From NCBI GenBank assembly GCA_965661945.1, contig CBFIFP010000001.1:638531-702530 (forward strand): 64,000 bases of DNA, read 5' to 3'. Below are positions 9,087 to 15,732 of this stretch, piece after piece (within the stretch, counting starts at the first letter, position 1; each line of letters opens with the position of its first letter). The translations under genes were made by a program, and so were the position numbers. The notes under the pieces were generated by a model that searched no databases, was not told where the DNA came from, and saw nothing but the letters and a program-made list of their open reading frames with translations. The DNA comes from Candidatus Kapaibacteriales bacterium. GTDB lineage: Bacteria; Bacteroidota; Ignavibacteria; Kapaibacteriales; UBA2268.

Positions 9087-9262
9087 ATTACTACACTCTT
9101 TATAATTAATAATTAAATTTTTTACTATTAAACTGCAATTTAATAAATAATTTTTAATTCTCAATAAATTATTTATTATTTGCAACTATATATATCATAA
9201 CTATTAATTAATATAATGACTTATAATGCTTAATTTTTTGTAACAAATATAATATTTAATTG

Positions 9263-9412
9263 TTAGCAATAACCGAAGTCAATTTTTTTTATTGGTTTTT
9301 TTCTATTTTTTTCATCAATCGGAAAAATATAAATTTCAATTGGTTTTCCTTGAAGTTGTTTTGGAATTTTTAAATTATATTCCTCTTTAGAGATTATTAT
9401 TTTTTTAAACAT
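9263..9412 (-). CDS. Small ORF (49 aa), overlaps the stop of the TRIC-family gene by 8 nt
   Basis: Hand translation: MFKKIIISKEEYNLKIPKQLQGKPIEIYIFPIDEKNRKKPIKKIDFGYC. Below the ORF-track size cutoff. The only support is the ATGTTTAA overlap with the upstream gene. Confidence 0.2.
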   Translation of the reverse strand: MFKKIIISKEEYNLKIPKQLQGKPIEIYIFPIDEKNRKKPIKKIDFGYC

Positions 9413-10034
9413 TTGGTTTTCCTTTTAATTTATAAGTTAATTCTGGTAATCTGATTTTGTATTTTATAGATACATATCTGATTGTAATTGTTGTCATTAT
9501 TGTAATTGGCATAATCCAATTAAAATCTAATCTAATTTTATAAAGTCCTAAATAAAGAGTACTACCAATTAAACAAGCGGTAGCATAAATTTCTTTTCTG
9601 AAAATTAGTGGGATATCGTTACATAGAGTATCTCTTATAACTCCACCAAATATTGCACTTATTACTCCAAATAAGATGCACAAAGGTTCGCTTAAGCCGA
9701 AGTTTATTGCTTTATGAGTTCCAATTACTGAGGCAACACCTATTCCGATTGTGTCGAACCAGAAAAATGTTTTTTTAAGTTTGTATAAGTATCTTGTGAA
9801 AATAAATGATACTAAAACTCCAGCAATAATGGAATATGCGTAATTTGGCTCTCTCATCCATGAAACTGGATAGTTTCCAAGTAGTACGTCTCTAATTGTT
9901 CCGCCTCCGATGCTTGTTACAAATGCTACAAAAGCAATTCCAAAAAGATCGAATTTTCTTTTGATTGCTGATAAAGATGCGCTTATTGCAAAAACAAAAA
10001 CAGCAATAAGGTTAAATATTTCCAATAGGAACAT
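9405..10034 (-). CDS. Trimeric intracellular cation channel (TRIC) / UPF0126 family membrane protein
   Basis: Two UPF0126 repeats carry the glycine-rich motifs SIGGGTIRDVLLG and AIFGGVIRDTL. About 7 TM helices. Confidence 0.8.
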   Translation of the reverse strand: MFLLEIFNLIAVFVFAISASLSAIKRKFDLFGIAFVAFVTSIGGGTIRDVLLGNYPVSWMREPNYAYSIIAGVLVSFIFTRYLYKLKKTFFWFDTIGIGVASVIGTHKAINFGLSEPLCILFGVISAIFGGVIRDTLCNDIPLIFRKEIYATACLIGSTLYLGLYKIRLDFNWIMPITIMTTITIRYVSIKYKIRLPELTYKLKGKPNV

Positions 10035-10249
10035 AATAATCCCCGTAAGATTTAGATTAAAAGTTTGTAAAAAAAAATTAAGAATGATATTGTTTTGAGA
10101 TATTGCGCAATTAATGCTTATGATTATGCATCATTTGCATCGACCTTAGCTGTAGGTTGTGCTTAGAGTTGTTGTTGTTTGAAGAGAATGTTAGAGAAAA
10201 AGAATAAGTATAGCTAACTGATATTAAATCAGGTGCCGGAGGTACTAAT

Positions 10250-10363
10250 ATGTCTATTGATGTTATGGACATTTTTTTTATTCCTATTTATAATAATTTG
10301 TTTTGTAAAATTTTCGTTTGCAAAACTATGGAAGTTTTTAAAATAAAAAAAAGTTTTTTTTAG
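10250..10363 (+). CDS. Small hydrophobic ORF (37 aa) with a strong Shine-Dalgarno site
   Basis: GGAGGTACTAATATG precedes MSIDVMDIFFIPIYNNLFCKIFVCKTMEVFKIKKSFF. The 15-nt initiation context is identical to that of the ECF sigma gene at 58705. Below the ORF-track cutoff, and it competes with a 53-aa minus-strand ORF at 10111..10272. Confidence 0.3.
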   Translation: MSIDVMDIFFIPIYNNLFCKIFVCKTMEVFKIKKSFF

Positions 10364-10381
10364 AATAAATAATTTTTTTTC

Positions 10382-10830
10382 TTATTCTTCAATTAGCTCT
10401 TCATCAACATTAAGTGGGTTGCATAAAGTTGTGGAATCTGCTTTTAGGTTGCTGAAGTCAGTTCCTATTTTTCTTGTTCTACAGAAATCTGTTCCATAAA
10501 CTGTTACCGAATCAAAAAGTGCATAATTTAAAATACTGGCGTTTAGACTTCCGTCTCTGTAAAATGAGTTAGTCATTACAAAGGAAGATAAGTCGCTATC
10601 TATAACGCTGGCGCTATCAAAATATGAACCAGTGGCTTTTGCTCCAACAAATCTTGATTTATATATTCTAGCTGGACTGAAACAACTTGGCCAGGTATAG
10701 TTTTTTGGTTTGTGTTTACAATTTCTTTTTCTGAAGTTGCTTTTCTTGTTGCAAAGGTATTATTAGGCAAACGATTATCCTCGCATGCCATTATTAATAT
10801 TAGAGATAATAATATAAGTGTTTTTTTCAT
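10382..10830 (-). pseudogene. Possible frameshifted lipoprotein gene (ORFs 10600..10830 and 10382..10576)
   Basis: The upstream ORF has a signal peptide and lipobox (LILIMACEDN). The frame of the downstream ORF stays open upstream to about 10760, so it overlaps the first ORF by ~180 nt. A single frameshift near an A-run (GAAAAAGAA / CAAAAAAC) would join them into one protein of roughly 150 aa. Confidence 0.35.
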
Positions 10831-10857
10831 AATGTTAATATAACAAATTAAGTGCCA

Positions 10858-11313
10858 TTAATTTAATCCTGTAGAACCAAAACCGCCCTCTCCCCTATTT
10901 GAATCGCTAAGCTGATTAACTTCTTTCCATTGAACAAATTCATATTTAGCTATTACGAGTTGGGCTATTCTATCACCATTTTTAATAGTAAAACTTTCAT
11001 TCCCAAAATTAGCAAGAATTACTTTAATTTCACCTCTGTAATCACTATCAATAGTTCCTGGTGAGTTTAAACAGAAGATACCGTTTTTTGCGGCGAGTCC
11101 GCTTCTGCTTCTGACTTGACATTCATACCCAACTGGAAGTTCAATTGCAATGTTGGTTGGGATGAGCGCTATTTTACCGCTTTCTATTTGAATTTCTTCA
11201 TTTATAGTTGCAAGAATATCCATTCCAGCTGAACCAGAGGTTTTATAATCTGGTAGATTTAATTCCTTATATTCATCAGAAATTCTTTTTATTTTTACTT
11301 CTAAGATTGGCAT
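10858..11313 (-). CDS. dut: dUTP diphosphatase
   Basis: All dUTPase motifs are present: SGSAGMDI, RSGLAAKNGI, PGTIDSDYRGE, GDRIAQLV and RGEGGFGSTG. Confidence 0.95.
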   Translation of the reverse strand: MPILEVKIKRISDEYKELNLPDYKTSGSAGMDILATINEEIQIESGKIALIPTNIAIELPVGYECQVRSRSGLAAKNGIFCLNSPGTIDSDYRGEIKVILANFGNESFTIKNGDRIAQLVIAKYEFVQWKEVNQLSDSNRGEGGFGSTGLN

Positions 11314-12095
11314 TAATTTTTAATTTTAATTTTTAATATTCCAAATTTATCAAATGCTTTCGTTCTAAACAAATTTAAGGCAATAAAAGTTGCAATAAAA
11401 CAACAAGAAAAATATCCGATGACAATAACTATTTGATATTTAATAGCAATCATTGGGCTTGTTCCTGAAATTATTTGTCCGGTCATTGTACCTGGTAGCC
11501 ATATCAATCCGATGTTTGCGATGTTGCCAAGCATTGGTTTAAAACTATCGAGTAGTGCAGCGTTCATTGATTCTTTTGTAGATTTTGTTCTTGAAAAGGA
11601 GAATATTTCATAATAGTTAAATAACTCTTTTTTTGATATTAAATCTTTGCTCATAGACCTAATTCCAATAATTGAGGAAGAAATTGAATTGCCTATTAAC
11701 ATTCCTGATATTGGAATCATAAATTGTGCTGTAAAATAATTCATATTCCTGAAATAGAAATAAGAGATGAAGATAGTTACAAGAATAAAACTAATGAAAA
11801 ATCCAGTTAATACCGGGAATAGCGTATATTTTATATCAACTTCAGAGCGTTTTGTGATAGAAATTGAACCTGCGACGATTATAAGTAAAATCCATGATAT
11901 ATTTAGATAAATATTATCCCATTCGATTATATATTTTAGATAAAAACCCACAAGTAAAAGCTGCCCAGTCATTCTTAAGATTGAAAGTAATAAATCTTTA
12001 AATAATTTTATTTTTGCATATAAAATTATTGATATTGGTATAATAATAATTGTTGAGCCAAGAAGCAAGTCAAGCCATTCGATATTATATGTCAT
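11313..12095 (-). CDS. fetB: FetB/YbbM-like (UPF0014) ABC exporter permease
   Basis: LPGTMTGQIISGTSPMIAIKYQIVI closely resembles the FetB family motif. Multi-TM protein, overlapping the upstream ATPase gene. Confidence 0.7.
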   Translation of the reverse strand: MTYNIEWLDLLLGSTIIIIPISIILYAKIKLFKDLLLSILRMTGQLLLVGFYLKYIIEWDNIYLNISWILLIIVAGSISITKRSEVDIKYTLFPVLTGFFISFILVTIFISYFYFRNMNYFTAQFMIPISGMLIGNSISSSIIGIRSMSKDLISKKELFNYYEIFSFSRTKSTKESMNAALLDSFKPMLGNIANIGLIWLPGTMTGQIISGTSPMIAIKYQIVIVIGYFSCCFIATFIALNLFRTKAFDKFGILKIKIKN

Positions 12096-12717
12096 TAATT
12101 AACCTCTTGTTTTTTATTTGAAATACTTCATCCGCAATATCTATTAAGTCTTTGTCATGAGTGGCGCAGAATATTGTTTTATTTGATTTTTTTAAATAGT
12201 CTAATACTATAATTTTATTTTCATTATCTAAACTGGAAGTTATTTCGTCTGCTAACCAAATATCTCGTTGAAAATTAACAGCTATTGCGACGAGTAATCT
12301 TTGTTTTTCGCCACTACTTATTTGTGAAAATGTCTTATTAAGTATTTCTTTACTTAGTTTGAATTTTTCTAAATTATATTCAAACAAATTTAATTTTATA
12401 TTTAGATTATTAACAAATGTATTTAGTTCTATATCTGGAAATTTTATGTCTGAATTTGGAATCCATGCTAATTGTTCTCTGATTTTATTTATATTTTTTT
12501 GAATTAATTTCTTACCCGAGACTATTATTTCTCCAGAATCAAAAGGTAAATGTCCAAGAATTATTTTAAGCAGTGAACTTTTTCCACTGCCAGATTCTCC
12601 GACTAAAGTAGTTATCTTACCTTGTTTTATTTCACAGCTTACATCAATAAGTAATTGCTCATTTAAAGTAAGATTAACTTGAGTTAAAGTAATATTTTTT
12701 AAATTTGTTAAATTCAT
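12085..12717 (-). CDS. fetA: FetA/YbbL-like ABC transporter ATP-binding protein
   Basis: Walker A GESGSGKSSLLK, signature ISSGEKQRL, Walker B IWLADEITSSLD. Overlaps fetB by 11 nt. Confidence 0.7.
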   Translation of the reverse strand: MNLTNLKNITLTQVNLTLNEQLLIDVSCEIKQGKITTLVGESGSGKSSLLKIILGHLPFDSGEIIVSGKKLIQKNINKIREQLAWIPNSDIKFPDIELNTFVNNLNIKLNLFEYNLEKFKLSKEILNKTFSQISSGEKQRLLVAIAVNFQRDIWLADEITSSLDNENKIIVLDYLKKSNKTIFCATHDKDLIDIADEVFQIKNKRLINDI

Positions 12718-12732
12718 TTTTTAAAATTAGCA

Positions 12733-12749
12733 AAAATTACGTAATTTTG
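12733..12749 (+). promoter_or_regulatory. Perfect 16-nt palindrome AAAATTACGTAATTTT overlapping a TAATTTTG (-7-like) motif, between fetA and tRNA-Arg
   Basis: Palindrome at 12733-12748, TAnnTTTG at 12742-12749, 14 nt before the mature tRNA 5' end. A TTAGCA-N17-TATTCT sigma-70-like pair is an alternative reading. Confidence 0.3.
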
Positions 12750-12762
12750 TATTCTTAATTGT

Positions 12763-12836
12763 GCACCCGTAGCTCAACTGGATAGAGCATCTGACTACGG
12801 ATCAGAAGGTTTGGAGTTCGAATCTCTTCGGGTGTA
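12763..12836 (+). tRNA. tRNA-Arg (anticodon ACG)
   Basis: Hand-folded cloverleaf. Acceptor GCACCCG/CGGGTGT, D arm GCTC-AACTGGATA-GAGC, anticodon stem TCTGA/TCAGA with loop CTACGGA, T loop TTCGAAT. Very similar to E. coli tRNA-Arg(ACG). No encoded CCA. Confidence 0.9.
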
Positions 12837-12844
12837 CTAAGAAA

Positions 12845-12878
12845 AAGACTTACAATTATTTTGTAAGTCTTTTTTTTT
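12845..12878 (+). terminator. Rho-independent terminator after tRNA-Arg
   Basis: AAGACTTACAA-TTATT-TTGTAAGTCTT hairpin followed by a T-run. Confidence 0.6.
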
Positions 12879-12979
12879 AAAATAATTACAATTAATTTTT
12901 CTTTTTTTTTTTTTTGAAATACTTTTTTAATTATTACTTGTATATATTTCTAACTTTCTTTTTTCTGTAAAAAAATATT

Positions 12980-13015
12980 TTTTGGTAGCTATTTTGGTAG
13001 TCAATTTGGTCATTA
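12980..13015 (+). repeat. Three tandem 12-nt units (TTTTGGTAGcta / TTTTGGTAGtca / ATTTGGTCAtta)
   Basis: Read directly. A fourth partial copy (TTTTGGAGA) sits at 13024. About 200 nt upstream of the ECF sigma 2 operon. Confidence 0.6.
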
Positions 13016-13150
13016 TTTAGATTTTTTGGAGATTTTATTTATTATATATTGCATTCTATAATTTTTATACTTATGTTAATATCTTTGTAAAATATTTGTT
13101 TTAAAATTATTTAGAAGATTTCACGTCTATTTAAATATTTTTTTATTTAA

Positions 13151-13158
13151 TATTTTTG
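13151..13158 (+). promoter_or_regulatory. TAnnTTTG (-7-like) motif upstream of ECF sigma 2
   Basis: TATTTTTG lies 48 nt upstream of the ATG at 13206. Confidence 0.25.
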
Positions 13159-13205
13159 AACCTAACTATAATTTTAATGTGTCTATTGTTTAAAATCGGA
13201 AAACA

Positions 13206-13775
13206 ATGCTGAAAAATTACAAAACATTTAGTGATTCTGAATTAGTTGAAATGATGAAAGGTAAAAGGAAAGTTTCAGATAAAGCTTTTGAAACTATTTT
13301 TGACCGCTATTCCTATAATGTTAATGCTTACGTTAGAACTGTTATAGGTTTTACAAGTGAAGCTGAAGATATATTTCAAGAAACTTTTATAAGATTCTAT
13401 AATAATGTAAAAAATGGCTCAGAGATAACAAACTTGCAAAGTTATTTGATTAAAATTGCTAGAAACATGTGCCTTAATTATAGAAGAGATAAAAAGAATA
13501 AAGTTGAAGTGGAAGATTATCACAAGATTGTTAATGAAGAAAACTTTTATGCTAATCAAGAGTTATTAGAAATTGTAATGCGTTCGTTAGATTTAATGGA
13601 TGACAAGTATAAAGAAGCTTTTATTTTGAAAAAAATAGATGGCCTCAAGTTTGAAGAAGTTGCACAAGTTTTAGATTTAACATTAGAAGGTGCTAAAACT
13701 AGAGTGAACAGAGCTAGAATTAAGTTACTCGAAATATTAGAACCATATATTAAAGATTTGGAGTTCAAAGAATAA
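13206..13775 (+). CDS. ECF-type RNA polymerase sigma-70 family factor (module 2)
   Basis: DIFQETFIRFYNN, YLIKIARNMCLNYRRDKK, and region 4 YKEAFILKKIDGLKFEEVAQVLDLTLEGAKTRVNRARIKL. Confidence 0.85.
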   Translation: MLKNYKTFSDSELVEMMKGKRKVSDKAFETIFDRYSYNVNAYVRTVIGFTSEAEDIFQETFIRFYNNVKNGSEITNLQSYLIKIARNMCLNYRRDKKNKVEVEDYHKIVNEENFYANQELLEIVMRSLDLMDDKYKEAFILKKIDGLKFEEVAQVLDLTLEGAKTRVNRARIKLLEILEPYIKDLEFKE

Positions 13776-13777
13776 TT

Positions 13778-15040
13778 ATGAATATAAATGAACTAATTTT
13801 AGAATTTATAGATGGAACTTCTACTCCAGAGATGGATAAAAGTTTATTTGAGCAGTTAGCAGGAAATGAAGTTGCTCAGCAGAAGATGAAAAAAATTATG
13901 GAAGTTGAGAATACTTTTACTTCAAATAATGCTATCTTCCAACCAAGTGCCGAAAGTGTGAATCAAGTTTTTTCAAAATTAGGTATGAAAAAAGCAGGTT
14001 TTTTTGGCTCTCTTCCTTTTCTACAATCTAACTTTGTTAGATTTTCTTTACCAGCGGTATTTACAACTCTTACGTTAGTGTTTTTATATAATTACTTTTT
14101 TATTGGTAACGATAGTAACTTTGACAAAGATTACAAAGTTTTAACTACAGTGATTAAAGATATTCCTGATTTGAATAACAAGTTTGTTAATTCATTTAAT
14201 AATGATGGACTTGTAAATGATGAATTGAAAGCTAATAGTAATAAATCTAACACTAACAATAACAATGGTTATGATAAGAATGCTTATCAATATAGTATTA
14301 AACAAAATAACATTGTTAAGTATGTTTACAAAGATAAATTTGTGGGGCTTGATTCTGATGGAAAAATGGTTAGTTTTTCAAGTGAAAAAGAACTTTTAAA
14401 TTTTTATAATAATTTAAAGAATAACGATGATAATCAGGTAGTTATAAATTCTATTTCTGAATCTAACATTTTATCTTCTTATAATTATATAGATAATTAT
14501 GATGCGATTAATAACTATCAATATGATCTCAATAAAATTATTAACAATAGACAAGACGATGAAAGCAATTCTAAATTATCTATGAGTTTGATGTTATCAC
14601 CAACTTTTAATTTTAAAAGTAATCCTATTCAACCAAATAAATTAAGTGAATTTAATAATTTGAGTGCAAATCTTATTTATAATATTTCGGAAGATTTTGG
14701 ACTTGGTTTGGAGATTCAGCAAGAAACATTTTTGCAGTCGTTTACTGAAAACGATAATTTTGAAAGGACTATTATTTATACGCAGAGACCTAATTTTACA
14801 AATATTGGTTTTGCAATAAATTATAGTGTTTTGGATAAAATTAATTTATATGGTGCTATCGGCACGAATACTAATTTTTCAGGACTTTATAATAGAATTA
14901 GAATTGGTAGAGAAATAAATAGTGTATTTCCCACTGATTTTATTTTTGGTTTAGAATTCTCCACTCTCCATTTTACTTTCAATGAAAATTATTATAATTC
15001 AAGTAAATTTGGACTATTTTTAGGAGCAAAATTATGGTGA
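13778..15040 (+). CDS. Anti-sigma-like membrane protein with C-terminal beta-barrel-like domain (module 2)
   Basis: Lies 2 nt after the sigma gene. Has an N-terminal helix region (ILEFIDGTSTPEMDKSLFEQLAGNE), one TM (FSLPAVFTTLTLVFLYNYFFIG) and an N-rich linker. The C-terminal strands are alignable to 3926..5137 (FGLGLEIQQETFLQSF vs LHIGFEFSKEVFAQNF). Ends ...FGLFLGAKLW. Confidence 0.55.
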   Translation: MNINELILEFIDGTSTPEMDKSLFEQLAGNEVAQQKMKKIMEVENTFTSNNAIFQPSAESVNQVFSKLGMKKAGFFGSLPFLQSNFVRFSLPAVFTTLTLVFLYNYFFIGNDSNFDKDYKVLTTVIKDIPDLNNKFVNSFNNDGLVNDELKANSNKSNTNNNNGYDKNAYQYSIKQNNIVKYVYKDKFVGLDSDGKMVSFSSEKELLNFYNNLKNNDDNQVVINSISESNILSSYNYIDNYDAINNYQYDLNKIINNRQDDESNSKLSMSLMLSPTFNFKSNPIQPNKLSEFNNLSANLIYNISEDFGLGLEIQQETFLQSFTENDNFERTIIYTQRPNFTNIGFAINYSVLDKINLYGAIGTNTNFSGLYNRIRIGREINSVFPTDFIFGLEFSTLHFTFNENYYNSSKFGLFLGAKLW

Positions 15041-15690
15041 AATTATTAATTATATTTGTTTTAGTTTTATTTGTATCATGTCAGGAACCTCTTGGTATAG
15101 AAAGGAATGTGGATAAGAGTATAATAGAAAAAGAACTATTCCCATTATCTGAAGGTAACAAATGGCATTACACGGAAACTATTTTTAATAGTAGTAACCA
15201 AGAAGTATCTGAAATGGAGTATGTAATTAATGTTCAGTCAACTCATATAACTAAAGGAAAGCTTTGGTATCAAATTAATAAGAGTTCAGAACCATCTATA
15301 GAACATTTTTATAGTTATTCAGATGATGGTCTGTGGTATAGAGTTCCAAATTATTTTCCTTCGGATAATTTTTTGGTTTTAAATTATCAAACTGACGAAA
15401 ATGATAAGTTGGTTCATAAAGATTTTTATAGAACGAGTTTGAGTGATAAATGTAATATTGAAGTAATTTTAGTAAACAAAAATCATAAGATTGAAATTAA
15501 TAGTGTGGATTTTGATTGTTATCAATATAATTTATATAGAATATACAAAGATAGTAACCAGAAGTATTTATTTAAAGAGCAGTTTTATGCAAAAGGTGTA
15601 GGGCTTGTTAAGGAAATTGAATATGATGAATATAATGGTAATATTTATTTAAAAGCTGAAAGAAGACTTTCAATTTATAAGGTCAATTAA
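15034..15690 (+). CDS. Hypothetical lipoprotein (module 2)
   Basis: Lipobox VLVLFVSCQEP. Overlaps the anti-sigma-like gene by 7 nt. No family recognised. Confidence 0.5.
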   Translation: MVKLLIIFVLVLFVSCQEPLGIERNVDKSIIEKELFPLSEGNKWHYTETIFNSSNQEVSEMEYVINVQSTHITKGKLWYQINKSSEPSIEHFYSYSDDGLWYRVPNYFPSDNFLVLNYQTDENDKLVHKDFYRTSLSDKCNIEVILVNKNHKIEINSVDFDCYQYNLYRIYKDSNQKYLFKEQFYAKGVGLVKEIEYDEYNGNIYLKAERRLSIYKVN

Positions 15691-15732
15691 AAAAAACAAT
15701 AATTTTTATTAATATTTTAAAAGAGGTTTAGT

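Noticed and set aside
9087-9185. N-terminal extensions offered by the ORF track: 7632..9185, rplS to 26344, sigma 3 to 58759 (GTG), ptsN from the TTG at 52651.
   Set aside because: Internal starts give a proper lipoprotein signal peptide, a normal L19 length, a strong GGAGG SD, or an ATGA overlap with the upstream stop. The extensions are low-complexity and lack homology.
10035-10300. Glycine (or other) riboswitch in the 5' leader of the TRIC/UPF0126 gene, which I recall being linked to glycine riboswitches in some bacteria.
   Set aside because: I could not find the conserved GGAGAG / CACCGAAGGGGCAA / CTCAGGCAAAAGGAC-type elements on the minus strand. Only short AT-rich hairpins are present.
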